Positions 43,269 to 55,599 of a DNA stretch of 64,000 nucleotides are shown here, piece by piece. Below the pieces are notes generated by a model. It was not told the origin of the DNA and made no database searches. It saw only the letters and a list, made by a program, of their open reading frames with translations. Positions within the stretch are counted from its first letter, which is position 1; each line of letters starts with the position of its first letter. Position numbers and translations under genes: made by a program. Source of the stretch: Octopus sinensis. Its lineage: Eukaryota. Location of the stretch: positions 26,350,001-26,414,000 of the forward strand of contig NC_043017.1 of NCBI RefSeq assembly GCF_006345805.1, in the 5' to 3' direction.

Positions 43269-44249
43269 GTGTGTGAGTGTATACACTCTCACACACACAC
43301 GCACACATATATATATACATATATACATATATTTGTGTTTGTGTATTCATACGCGTGTATGAGTATATGTGTATATATATGACTCTGCTTCATACAGTGT
43401 CTTTCTCTTAATGTATGTATCCGTTTCTCTACGAGCATGAACAAGCTTAAACTTCCACATAAATATTCCCATAAGAGCGTCGATATAATTATATTGACAA
43501 ATGTCATATCTCCGAAAGTTACAACTTCCGACAAAGCACCTGGCTTTGATACATCAAATGTAATTTTTCACTTTCCCAACACATATTTCAATTATATTTC
43601 TATGATTAGACAGCATTTTCAAGGGGGAAAATGTCAACTAAATTTACAGTAGTGCAATTTTTTTTCAAGTAGAATTTGTTATTGTGAAACGCTATTTACA
43701 CAATCTCGTAAGAATCTCGGCTACGAGATCTAATCTTCCTTTTACAAATTCCCTTGTACTCGAACTGAATGTTCCAATTCCTATTTATTTTTATTATATT
43801 AGCACTTTTAACAAATGTTCTTTGACTTTAATAACTTTCGAAAGGGGGATGTAGATCTCACCTCTTTCATGAGTAAATTCTAATAAGTAAATTCTAAGAT
43901 ATTTATATTTAACAGCGAGGAAATTTGAAGTATAATGTAACATTCAGTAAAGATTGCTATTCAACTATTATTATACAGATTAATGAATATAAAGACTAAA
44001 ACAGATATAGTAAAAGAAAAGGAAAGTATTTCTTAAACAGTATTAGACCCGCCATGCAGAGCTGTGAAGCGTCAGAATATCTTCTGATTTTATAGATGAG
44101 TTCAAATATCACTGGAGTCGACGTTAATCGTTCCAGGGTCTCCGAAATTTGAAAATATACAACAGCTGAGCTGTAGATTCGATGACTTCAACTGTTCAAG
44201 ATTACTGGCCGTAAGCGAAAATTATATAGATATATTGGTTTCAAGTTTT

Positions 44250-44460
44250 GTCAGAAAAAAAAAAATAAACATCAATCTCGTGTAGGGTATATGTGGATTA
44301 CATCGAACCTAGAGATTAATCGGTACTTATTCTATCAACTTCGAAGAGACGAAAGACAAAGTTGATTTCGGCGAAATTTGAATCCAGAACGTAAAGAAGG
44401 GTGAAGTGCTGCTAAAGAGTTTGCTGGCGTGCTAACGATTCTGTCAGCCGGTCGCCTTAA
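44250..44460 (-). mobile_element. Old family C SINE
   Basis: AAAGTTGATTTCGGCGAAATTTGAA...GGCGTGCTAACGATTCTGTCAGC. Confidence 0.75.
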
Positions 44461-44651
44461 TTAGATAGGATTATTGGTTTTTAGTAATGCCTTTTAATTA
44501 ACACATTGTTAAAACGTAAGGTTGTCCCTGATGTGATACACGTTGTAATACAAGTGGCGTTGGAACCATAGTTAATTATCCTATATCGCTGGCTTGCAGT
44601 GAGTATTTTAGTAATATTTTTTTTGTTGATTAAGCTACAAAATATAGCCGT

Positions 44652-44990
44652 CACCATCATCACCATCATTTATCGTTTGTTTTCCATGCTGGAATACGTT
44701 GGGCAGTTTAACAGTAATTGGCAAGGCGAATAGCTGCACTTGAATTCAATTGACTGTTTTGCTATTGCTACTGTGGCTGGAGGTTCTTCCGAAAGGGCTA
44801 CAACTGTGGTTTTTGTCATCTGCACAGTCTTTTTTTTTTACCTGTCACTAATTCAGCTGTTTTTTACGTAGCACAAGCGCTGGCATTTTCTAAGTCTCAC
44901 TAGCATAAATGCGTTTTACGTGGCACCGACACCACTGGGGTAACCGACAAGCTTGTAAGCCAGAAACCCATCATTTAAGAGTGGGAATGG
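44652..44990 (-). mobile_element. Diverged 3' end of an RTE-type LINE (or derived SINE)
   Basis: (CAT)n-like tail followed by TTTCCATGCTGG...GCTGCAC...TTTTACGTGGCACCG; homolog at 63618. The RTE assignment is from recall. Confidence 0.5.
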
Positions 44991-45282
44991 AAATTAGGGA
45001 GTTAACTGTGTCCCAGACGATCGGCTTTATGAGTTTCCGATTTTTTTTTCTGATTTTACAGTTTTAAAATAGCGGAATGCTGGTTTAAAACCGTTATCGT
45101 TTAAGAAGAGGGCATAGTGTACGTTATGATGCAATTTATATTATTAAAAATATTATTTAAAAAAAGTTGATTGTTACTTTCTGTGTTATAAATTGTGTGA
45201 AGTAAGCACGATATATAAGGACTTTTGCTATAGTAGTAAAGCTAAAGCATGCAGAATGAAGCCACTTGGCGTAAATTGGCAT

Positions 45283-45798
45283 TGAACGCTACTATGCAAT
45301 CACACTAAACTTTGACGTTCTTGCACACATCCATTGTTTACAGCAGTGCTTATAAAGATGTGCAAACTGTGATATTTGCATTTGCCACGAGAGAGATAAT
45401 TGTCATGGCGGTACGTGCACAGAAGCCTGCGCAATGTTGCAGAATGTGTATGGAGCGGAGTGTATGAGCCGCACACAAGTGTGCGAGTGGTACAGATGTT
45501 TACAAGAGGGCCGAAAAATGTCAATATTGACGAGTATTCTGGGAGACACGCAGTCAGCAGAACTGAGAAAAACATCACAAATGTGCGTGAAGCTGTGAGG
45601 GGAAATAGTCGAATCACCATCCGTGAGTTATGAGACGATGTTCAGATTAGTCACGGTTCCGTCCAGTTTATTATCACTTCAGATTTGGGTACGAGACGTG
45701 TGTCTGTCACATTTGTGCCAAAGCTGCTTTCAGCTGACCAAAGCCACCCTCGGGTTTCACTTGCACAAGGTTCCTTGATTGCGTTGAGAACGATGAAA
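45283..45798 (+). pseudogene. Mariner-family transposase N-terminal remnant (frameshifts, stop)
   Basis: TEACAMLQNVYGAECMSRTQVCEWYRCLQEGR / DEYSGRHAVSRTEKNITNVREAVRGNSRITIREL*DDVQISHGSVQFIITSDLGTRRVSVTFVPKLL: mariner HTH region and WVPK-like linker. Confidence 0.85.
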
Positions 45799-45804
45799 AC
45801 ATGT

Positions 45805-46026
45805 ATATATGTTTGTTCCATCTCGAGCTGGTGTATAGGATGGGATGCCGGTCCGTCGCAAGTCAGCTGCAGGTGCAGGAGGAAAGTGAAGTTCTCCATT
45901 ACCTTCTGCTGGAGGTGCGTGGAGCTTAGGTGTTTCGCTCATAAACACACAATCGGCCGGTCTGAGATTCGAACACGCAATCCATCCACCACGATTCCGC
46001 CGCTCTAACCAGTAGGCCACGTGCCT

Positions 46027-46027
<1 letters not shown>
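45805..46027 (-). mobile_element. SINE with family A-type head and a third tail type
   Basis: Minus strand GAGGCACGTGGCCTACTGG...GTTCGAATCTCAGACC...GAGCGAAACACCTAAGCTCCACG then CTTGCGACGGACCGGCATCCC. Confidence 0.8.
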
Positions 46028-46091
<64 letters not shown>

Positions 46092-46111
46092 CATATATAT
46101 AGATATATATA

Positions 46112-46193
<82 letters not shown>

Positions 46194-46204
46194 TCTATAG
46201 ATAT

Positions 46205-46251
<47 letters not shown>

Positions 46252-46257
46252 CTTATC

Positions 46258-46400
46258 TGGGGGAATATTATTCCTAACTTACAGGGAAAAATTCAATTTA
46301 GAAAATGCTAAGTCAAAGTTCACAAGATATAATACATATATAAAAATTAGAAAAAAAACCGCCTTTTATCGATTCAAAGTGAACAATTAAATTACACCAT
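46258..46400. mobile_element. Terminal fragment related to the 34655 element
   Basis: GGGAATA..ATTCCTAACTTACAGGGAAAAATTCAATTTAG next to (TA)n, and AAAAAAACCGCC. Confidence 0.45.
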
Positions 46401-46681
46401 CTAGAAAATTACATATAATAGAAATATTAAAAATAAAATAACAATAATATACCGATGATTAAGTAAATTGCAAAATAATAATAAAAATATACATATGATT
46501 GTTCATCTTGGATTGATAATAGGTGTGTTTTTTTTCTAATTTATACATATATATATATATATGTATATATGTATATATATATATATATATATGTTATACT
46601 GACACAGACACAGACACACACAGACACACAGACACAGACACACATACACACAGACACAGACACACACACACATATATATAT

Positions 46682-46830
46682 ACTCTTTTACTTGTTTCAG
46701 TCATTTTGACTGCGGCCATGCTGGAGCACCGCCGTTAGTCGAGCAACTCGACCCCGGGACTTATTCTTTGTAAGCCCAGTACTTATTCTATCGGTCTCTT
46801 TTACAAGCTACTTACCACACAGCCACTCCT
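46682..46830 (-). mobile_element. Family B SINE with the middle deleted
   Basis: Tail joined directly to the 5' end of the head (GGTCTCTTTT|ACAAGCTACTTACCACACAGCCACTCCTG). Confidence 0.85.
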
Positions 46831-47674
46831 GATACAGATACAGACACACACAAGCACACATAAGCACACAATTTAATATATGGCGATTAAATTTCCCCAC
46901 CCCCATAAGCAACAAAAGAAAATTGCCAATGCATGCAGTTTTGCATGCCGGAGATCCGAAATCCTTACAGAAACGTGTTTTGATTATTATTAGTTATATA
47001 ATATGCGGACAACATCAACCTCAACTAAATATAATTACCCAAACTACTCAGACATGACCGATTACTAAGTACAGTTGTACTTCTAAACGACAGACTGTGT
47101 ATCAGTAAAGGATTCTTGGTTTATACACCAAGACATTATTTTCTAAAAGTATAAAGCTTTGTTTGAAAAGCATCATCATTCTTATGTGTTGTTTCATTTG
47201 ATTTGTGTGTATTTATATATATGTGTGTGTTTGTGTGTGTGTGCGTGTTTGTTTGTGTGCGCGTGTGTTTTCGTTGTTGTAGATTTTGTTTTTAAGAATA
47301 TCGTTGAAATTGTACAAGTTAATACTATTTTCTGTCAAAAACTCGTTACTTTTTCTCCGTTTGCATTGCAAACGTCCAACTGTTTAATTAAATTTCGTTT
47401 CTTTCTTTTTCTTCATTACCGAGCCGTTGCATTCATTTGCAGATATAGGCTAGAGTTCTTCGTTTCTGGCGGACAGCCAATATAATTTCAATCTAAACAA
47501 AATAAGGTTACGTTAAAATAATACTTCGGATTAAGAGAGCGGAATTTTTCGCAAATAAAGGGAGTAGCGGAAGGTGCAAATGAATAATATATTTCAAATA
47601 GGGATAAATTCATGTAGAATTTATCCCTAAAAATCTTAAAATCAACAGATGAGAGAAAGCTAATATACATAAGC

Positions 47675-48236
47675 TACAAAGGCGGTGAGCTGGCAGAAAC
47701 GTTAGCACGCCGGGCGAAATGCTTAGCGGTATTTCGTCTGTCACTACGTTCTGAGATCAAATTCCGACGAGGTCGATTTTGACTTTCATCATTTTGGTGT
47801 CGATTAAATAAATACCAGTTACGCACTGGGATCGATATAATCGACTTAATCTGTTTGTTTGTCCATGTTTCTCCTCTCTGTGTTTAGCCCCTTAAGGGTA
47901 GTAAAGAAATAGGTATTTCGTCTGCCGTTACGTTCTAAGTTCAAATTCTGCCGAGGTCGATTAAATAAGTACCAGTCACATACTGGGGTCGATATAATCG
48001 ACTTAATCCGTTTTTCTGTCTTTGTGTGTCCTCTCTGTGTTTAGTCCCTTGGGTGTAGTAAAGAAATAGGAATATTTTGTCTGCCGCTGTGTTCCGAGAT
48101 CAAATTCCAACGATGTCGACTTTGCCTTTCATCATTTTTGGGTCGACAAATTAAGTACCATTCGCGTACTGAGGTTGATCTAATCGACTGGCCCCTCTCC
48201 CCAAAATTTGGGGCCTTGTGCCTAGTAGAAATGAAT
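47675..48236 (+). mobile_element. Family C SINE trimer ending in a C2 tail
   Basis: Head, three bodies (the second internally deleted), junctions at GAAATAGG(T/A)AT. Confidence 0.88.
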
Positions 48237-48254
48237 ATATATAAACCACAGTTG

Positions 48255-48355
48255 TAGGAGTAGCTATGTGGTAAGTAACTTGCTCATCAAGCACCTTGTT
48301 CCGGGTTCAATCCCACTGTGTGGAACCTTGGGCAAGTGTCTCTTACTATAGCCGA
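48255..48355 (+). mobile_element. Family B SINE head only
   Basis: GGAGTAGCTATGTGGTAAG...CCTTGGGCAAGTGTC. Confidence 0.8.
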
Positions 48356-48384
48356 GTTGAGCTATACATACACACACACACACG

Positions 48385-48430
<46 letters not shown>

Positions 48431-48609
48431 ATGGAAACACCTACCATCATAGCATCATGATTTGGAAGTATCTATAAAACCGTCAGAAGCTTGTTTGTTT
48501 TTATGTTATTCTGATTTTTTATTAGTGTTGCTTAATATATTTTGCTAAAATTTCTCTTCCTCTGCTTTTCAGATACCATCAGACAAAAGGTAATTAAAAT
48601 TGTTTAAAG

Positions 48610-49290
48610 TGACAGATCTATCGGATTTTTCAAAAAGTCAAAATGTTGCTGCCCGTATGTCAGGCGCTACCGAAACAAAAACAGCCAAAATGTTTTGTGT
48701 ATCAAGAAGTACTGTCTCGAAAATAATGACACCCTTTGAGAAAGAGTAAAACAAAACCTCCTCGTCAAAACAAAACTCCGGTAGGAAACCAAAACTTTCA
48801 GTTAGATACTGTCGGACTCTTACGCGAATTGTTAGAAAGGGTCACAAAAGTACAGCTCCCAAACTTACTGTATTGTTTAATTACCACCTCGTGAACCTAG
48901 TTTCCACAGAAACAGTTCGCCAGGAGCCGCCCAAAGCAGGATTTCACGGGAGGGCTGCAGTCAGAAGATCACTACGTTAAAAACAGCCGTTGCAAAGCGT
49001 TTGGAGTAGAGTAAAAACGAATAGGACTATGCCCTAGAGCAGTGAAATAATGTAATATTCCTGGACGCGTTAGCGTTTAACTTATTTCCGACCACCAGCC
49101 TAGTATGCGTATGGAGACAGCCAAAAGAAGTATTCGACCCAGACTGCCTTCTTCCAGCTGTTAAAGATGGAGGAGGATTTGTGATGATCTAGGGTGGGGC
49201 ATATCGTGGAAATTCGCCGGCCCAATTGCTTCCCTTCATGACAATTAATATTCAAGGCTATTTACGTATCTTATCTGATCAAATCCATCG
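48610..49290 (+). pseudogene. Tc1-family transposase remnant
   Basis: TDLSDFQK..VAARMSGATETKTAKMFCVSRSTVSKIM...SGRKPKLS...GFHGRAA...VIF.D...VWRQPKEVFDPDCLLPAVKDGGGFVMI.G: Tc1 paired-like HTH and KHGGG-like motif, several stops, truncated before the last catalytic residue. Confidence 0.88.
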
Positions 49291-49629
49291 TACTCTGGAG
49301 CATTGCTCTTTCGATATTTTGACATAAGTGATTGAGAGTCGATCGTCATTTCTTCCGTTTTTCTTCTTCACACATTTCTTTAGTATAGGTCTATATCTCA
49401 TCGATTTTGTTGGATACAACTGTGAGCATGGAGGAGATAGTTTTCATGTATTTTCGCTTTGGTCGGATTTTCGTGAGGTTTTCGTTCTTCAAGGGGTTAG
49501 TATATATAGAAAACAAAGTTAGTGTATCCCACACGGGTGGAAATATAGGAAAAGGATAAGTTAGAGACTATGCAGCAAAGAAATAGATAACTTTACGTTC
49601 TTGTACGGCCACTCTTTCACAGAATTTTA

Positions 49630-49810
49630 GCTTCCAGGGTAAAATTATGAGCGGTATTTCGTCTATCCTTACTTTCTGAGTTCCAATTATACCGATTTTT
49701 CATTCATTCTTTCGGGGTCGGTAAAATGATTGCCAGCTGAATACTGAAGTACGTGTAATTGACTTACCCTTTCTCCTGAAGTACCAGACTTGTGACCAGA
49801 AATGAAGGAA
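49630..49810 (+). mobile_element. Old family C SINE
   Basis: GCGGTATTTCGTC...CTGAGTTC...TCATTCTTTCGGGGTCGGTAAAAT. Confidence 0.7.
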
Positions 49811-50645
49811 ATGAAGAAAATAATCTTGTTTGATCTCTAATAGTGTGTAGTATCACTTATTGTTTGCAGCATATATTTTAACATGTTTTAACATGATGTA
49901 AAGATAGTTATGTGTTGTATCAATCATTTACGAGAATGATAAGGAATGAATTGAACTCAACATAAATCAATGGAGTAGAAACCAAAAAGGAATTTTCCAG
50001 GCCGCTGACCAATTTATTATGAGGACAATATTCTGAGTACATCTAGGGGAAAATTATTAATAAAATACACACTGCGACCATCTTGAAAATATACAACAGA
50101 AGTTTCGCGGACTGATATGAAAGAAAGGCATTTAAACAACGAACCGATTTAACAGCGGGAAACGTTATTCTAGATGTATGAGAGCACAATTTAACCGAAA
50201 GGACACAGCAGTACAAAGCAATAATATAAAAAGAAAATTAAGAAAAAAAAAACACAGAAGCAAAAATCAGCGGTTTTCAGAATCTGTTTGCATTACACAG
50301 ACTATTCTTAGATGTAGATTCTTGGAAACATTCCATGAATAATCGAAGCCACAAATGAAACAGAGACAGAAGGCATCTCAAGCAGTTACTATGTAAAATA
50401 AGGCAGTGCTGATTTTGTAGTAAGGTCGATTGTAGTTATTCTATTATTTATAATTTTACATCATATGATACGTTGTATACCAGAAGAATCTTGTCATTGA
50501 ACTTCATGTGAAAGCTAAGAACAAATTAAAATAAATTCACTCAAGAACTTCCGAGCATCCTCTCAATTAAATATACAACCCAAGATACAATCCTACACGT
50601 TTCGCTCGTATACCCGACACACAAACGCCCACAATTACCCATATA

Positions 50646-50676
<31 letters not shown>

Positions 50677-51282
50677 GAATATACATATACATATATAATA
50701 TATATCTATATATATATATATATGAATATATAATATAATATATATATATGAATATATATATCTAATATATATGATATATATTACATATATATATATTAAT
50801 ATAACATATATATATATATGAATATATATATACATATATATTATATGATATAAATATATATATACATATATATATATGAATATATATATACATATATATA
50901 TTATATATATACATATATCTATTACATATATATATATATACATATAGATATATAAATATATATACATATATATATGTATAACATCATATACATATATATA
51001 CAAATATATATATATACATCAATATATATACATACATATACATACATATATATTATATATACATAATATACACATAAAAAATATATATCCCTACATATAT
51101 ATTAATACATACTCTATATTTTATACATATATATATACATATATATTATACATATATATGACACTATATATTTATACATATATATATATATATTTATACA
51201 TATATCATATATATATATGTGTATATATATATATATGTACGCATATTTCTGTATATTTGTATATTATATATACACTGCGAAC

Positions 51283-51443
51283 GACACACCGGTCGCTCAC
51301 GCCATTTCCGCTCCACCGGTCACTCCTTGCAAACACCTATCTGTGTTCGGTTTGTCCTTACACAGAGGCCATCCGGATTCCCGTTTGCGCCGTGAACAGG
51401 AATTATCTTCTCTCTTCGCTCTTATACGCCATTTGGTCTCAAC
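51283..51443 (+). pseudogene. Penelope-like element GIY-YIG endonuclease C-terminus (frameshifted)
   Basis: Joining frames gives [53 protein letters not shown], matching the PLE motif PVARHF...HS...E..LIF.L....P.GLN. Confidence 0.8.
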
Positions 51444-52043
51444 TCTCTCCCCCCTCCTCATCTAAACCCCCTCTCCCCCCTCATCACACCTATCCTTTCT
51501 CCCCCCCTACTTCTTCAGTCCTTCATCCTTTCACCCCTACTCCCCTTCCCTTCCCTCTTTCTCCCTCCCTCTCCCCTTCCCTTCCCTCACGCCCTCTCTC
51601 CCCCTTCTCTCTCTCTCCCCCTCTCCTCCCTCTTTCCTCCTTCATCCCCCTCCTCCCCTTCCTTCTCCCCATCCTCTCCTCTCCCCCTTCTCCTCTCCCT
51701 CTCTTCCCCTCCCCTTCTCCCCCCCTATTCTCCCCATCCCCTCTTCTCCTCACTACACCACATGACTTTATCCATCACATCACATATGATGTGCCATACT
51801 AATACACACACCAACATACATACTAATACGTACTAATACATACTAGTACATACTAATACTTACACCAACCCTATACATACACCGTCCAGACCCCGCATAC
51901 GCACTTATACTCTCTCTCATCACACACACACACACCTATACATACCAATACGTACTAATACATACTAATACATACTACTACATACACCAACCCCATACAT
52001 ACGCACTCCAGACCCATCTTACGCACTAATACTCTCTCATACA

Positions 52044-52079
<36 letters not shown>

Positions 52080-52314
52080 ATACATACTAATACATACACC
52101 AACCCCATACATACACACATCCAGACCCCTCCCACGCACTTTTAGCTGGTCCCTCAACCCTTTTATCAACCTATTATCTCCCCTTATTTCGCTCTCTCGC
52201 GTCTCATGTTTGATCTTTGACCTCTGGCCGAAATCAGATCGCCATGTTGATTCGTTAGCTACTGCGCACGCATTTTTTTCTCTCCTTCTTTCTGTGTTTT
52301 TCTCTCTCTGTGTA

Positions 52315-52352
52315 TCTTTCTGTTGAAGAGCGTAGGCTCGAAACGTTAAAGA
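52315..52352 (+). ncRNA. Minimal type I hammerhead-like motif (A6U variant)
   Basis: UCUUU CUGUUGA A GAGC guag GCUC GAA ACGU U AAAGA: stems I and II perfect, palindromic ACGU stem III. Confidence 0.65.
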
Positions 52353-53205
52353 CTTGTTTTATTTATTTTCCTGAGCGCCATACTAATACAATTGTTCGTT
52401 TGTTTTCCACCTGCCTTCGTCTTTTGTTTATTTTCATAAAGCTTCCCGTTATATACACATATACAGGTATTATATATATATATATATTATATATATATAT
52501 ATATATACATATATTATATATATATGTATATATCTATATGTATATGTATATATGTATTAGATACACACATATGTGTGTATGTATGTAAGTGTGTGAGTAA
52601 CACTACCTAGATATTATAGTTGTTTTCAAAATTAAGATCCTTTGATTTTCTGTGAATAATACCTCGGGGCATCAAATTCTAAATCTGAAGTTATAACTAT
52701 AAAGAAACTTACTATAATAAGTTATTTCCATTTCCGAACTTCACAACCTTTTTGGTGAAGAACTTACAAGAAGAGCTTTTATTTTTAGGAAACATTTTGC
52801 TCGCAGTTATTTAACCAAATGTTTCTTAGAAACACACGGAGGATTACAAAGCGCAATGGCAATCAATATCATTATACATACACACTGTTATTGAGAACGT
52901 ATGACATCAGTGTTTACTGCTTTGTTTCCCTTGAAATAAAACGTCGATCCTTTGATGGCGGATGTTTGATATATTGTAGTTTGTTACTGGAAACTATTAC
53001 AAAAGAAAATATCCATTGTTAAGAATGTAATTTCAGCCTTAAATCTATATTCCACTATCATTACCACTGACTAACTAAAGAAATTAATTCATGAGAGAAC
53101 ATATAAGATGTTAGTTGACAAGCTAGAAATAACAATGATATTCTACCTGTATTTCGATCTCTCTTACTCACGCCGCCCTCTCTTTCTTACTTTAACACCC
53201 TGAAA

Positions 53206-53456
53206 TAAGTTAAGTTAGTTAAGTTAATTTTTTGGCTCAAAAAGCAAAAAGCAAGGCCATTTAGGCGGGCATGGAGTTATGTACAGGGAGGTTGTTCATG
53301 CAAAGAGTTCAGGCCATTTCGGGTCAAGAGAGACTTCGAACCGAGTGGTCGTCGGCATCTTCACTATCTCATCCGGCAGCTTATTCCACAGATCCGCAAC
53401 CCGGACGGAGAAAGCCCATCTCCTTCGATTGAGATGAAATCGTCGCAAATAGAGCT
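53206..53456 (-). mobile_element. CR1-type LINE 3' end
   Basis: YLRRFHLNRRRWAFSVRVADLWNKLPDEIVKMPTTTRFEVSLDPKWPELFA* (53451-53296), short 3' UTR, (TAACT)n tail. Confidence 0.88.
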
Positions 53457-53580
53457 AATTCGAAAGTGAAAGACACAGATATAAGGGAGAATGAATTCAA
53501 ACATACATAAAAAAGAGAACGTATCGGAAAAGGCAGGACTGTTTGATGCATTCTGTTGTTACTTTTAAATATTATATATC

Positions 53581-53730
53581 GCTGCAGGTGTAGCTAAGTG
53601 GTAAGGCGCTTGTTTCACAACTTTCGGGTTTAGTTACCTTGCACCTTGGCAAGTGTCTCCTAAAACAGCGTCGGGCCAACTAAAGCGTTGTAAGTGGATT
53701 TGGTAGACAGAATCGGAAAGACCGTTGTAT
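53581..53730 (+). mobile_element. Family B SINE 5' half, diverged
   Basis: GCAGGTGTAGCTAAGTGG...CCTTGGCAAGTGTC...AAGTGGATTTGGTAGAC. Confidence 0.75.
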
Positions 53731-53742
53731 ACATACATACAT

Positions 53743-53779
<37 letters not shown>

Positions 53780-53780
<1 letters not shown>

Positions 53781-54023
53781 CACGACCAGACCATCAGATG
53801 TTGTTACACATCGCTGGTCACAATGCGTTCGCATTGTTTTAGCCTTCGAATGACGCCACCCCTCTGGCTAAGCGAGCAGGCCAACAGAAGAAAGAGTGGT
53901 GAAAGAGTGGAGCTCTTAGGTGTTTTCGCTCAATAAACACTCACAACGCCCGGTCTGGGAATCGAAACCGCGATCCTGCGACCGCGAGTCCGCTGCCCTA
54001 ATCACTAGGCCATTGTGCCTCCA
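53780..54023 (-). mobile_element. SINE with family A head and a second tail type
   Basis: Head nearly identical to 29581; tail CTGTTGGCCTGCTCGCTTAGCC...GCATTGTGACCAGCGATGTGTAAC. Confidence 0.85.
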
Positions 54024-54261
54024 TATATATATATATATATATATACTATATATATATATATAATATATATATATATACACGTGTGTGTGTGTTACATTAA
54101 AATTACTATGAAAGTAAACATACAAAGCTTGCTTTAGAAGCGTTGGGAAGTATTTAAATATAAGGAAATAATTTTATTCTGAAATACAGGATAATGCCAA
54201 TAATACAGCGGCATACTACCGGAGTAAATCCGCGCTCCGAACCACTACACCATATGCCCGT

Positions 54262-54528
54262 GGGTATATGGCGTACTGGGTAGGAACTCGCGCTACTAAC
54301 CCCAATATTCCGAGTTCGATTCCATGCAGTGATCTGAATAATAATAACAACAACAACATCGAAAAATACCTTAGGAATGAGAACCCAGGTACGAAATTTC
54401 CTCAAGACACCTGATGAAGGCTGTGGGGTATATCAGCCGAAACGTTGCGTTAAAAACAAACAAGATGAGGACAAATATCCGTCAAATATAAATAATGTAC
54501 ATGATTCCTCATCTCTTAAATATAGAAC
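54262..54528 (+). mobile_element. Family E: tRNA-headed SINE carrying a hammerhead (54406-54451)
   Basis: A box TGGCGTACTGG (54269-79), B box GAGTTCGATTCC (54312-23), then GACAC CTGATGA A GGCTG..CAGCC GAA ACGT T GCGTT. Confidence 0.78.
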
Positions 54529-54929
54529 ACTTTTCCATGCTAGTCACCATTTTATAAAATCTGAGTGATGGTAAAAATAAAACAATTGTGCAAAAAACAT
54601 TTTGGAACGAATATTTGCAAAAAAAAAATAGAAAGAAAAACGGGTACCGTGAAAGAAAAATTTTATTGAAAATCATAGGATATAAATTTCTCTCCTATAA
54701 AAATTGTTTCTTTTAAGATATACAAGGTTTACTGTTTATAAAGAAAAAAAAAAAAGTTGTTTCTAAAAGAGTCATCTTTCGTATGAAAGCTGAGTAAAAA
54801 TTTAAATAAATAGGCCTTGCATGTCATCAACAAATCAGACGAAGAATATATACATGTTAGATTGGATGTCCCTAAAGCGGTGCTTGTATGCAAATAATAA
54901 TGCATTTATTTTATACAGCTCGCCGCCTT

Positions 54930-55520
54930 ATAAGTTACAAATGTTCTTTTCAACTCTAGGTAAAAAGCCCGAAATTATTTGGGGAGGGGATTCCAGTCGA
55001 TTAGATCGACCCAGTACACAATCGGTACTTAATTTATCGATAGCGAAAAGATGAAGCGCAAAGACGAGCTCGGCGGAATTTGAACTCAGAAGGTAAAGAC
55101 AGAAGAAACACCGCTAAGCATTTCGCCCCGTGTGCTAACGTTTGTGCCAGCACGCCACACGAAAAGTTACAATTCTTCTTTTCTTCTCTAGGCACAAGGA
55201 CCGAAATTTTTGGAGAGGGGGCCAGTCGATTATATCGACCCAGTACGCAACTGGTAATTATCGGCCTCGAAAGGCTGAAAGGCGAAGTCGACCGCGGCGG
55301 AATTTGAACTCAGATAAGTTACAAATATTGAATAAGAAAAAACTAAGTTTCAGTTCTTCTTTTCTTCTCTAGGCACAAGGACCGAAATTTTTGGAGAGGG
55401 GGCCAGTCGATTAAATCGACCCAGTACGCAACTGGTAATTATCGGCCTCGAAAGGCTGAAAGGCGAAGTCGACCTCGGCGGAATTTGAACTCAGATAAGT
55501 TACAAATATTGAATAAGAAT
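54930..55520 (-). mobile_element. Tandem array of family C (C2-tail) SINEs
   Basis: One near-full copy plus two almost identical ~180-bp 5'-truncated units; shared spacer (AT)AAGTTACAA. Confidence 0.85.
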
Positions 55521-55599
55521 AAACTCAGTTTCAGGAATGTTAGATTTACATTAAACGAATGATGAATAAGAATGGCTGGACTCAAAATATGACTGCGAG

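Larger units (their letters stand above)
51272..52450 (+). mobile_element. 5'-truncated Penelope-like element: EN remnant, low-complexity 3' region, family F terminal repeat
   Basis: EN remnant, then polypyrimidine tract, ~130-bp imperfect repeats, hammerhead-like motif at 52315-52352, then (TA)n. Confidence 0.75.

Noticed and set aside
49290-49530. Sequence after the Tc1 break with a short peptide-like minus frame
   Set aside because: Two stops and no motif I can assign; origin unresolved.
50590-50640. Minus-strand GAGCGAAACGTGTAGG resembling a hammerhead 3' half
   Set aside because: No CUGANGA upstream.
51523-51753. R/G/E-rich 76-aa ORF
   Set aside because: Translation of the polypurine strand of the low-complexity tract.
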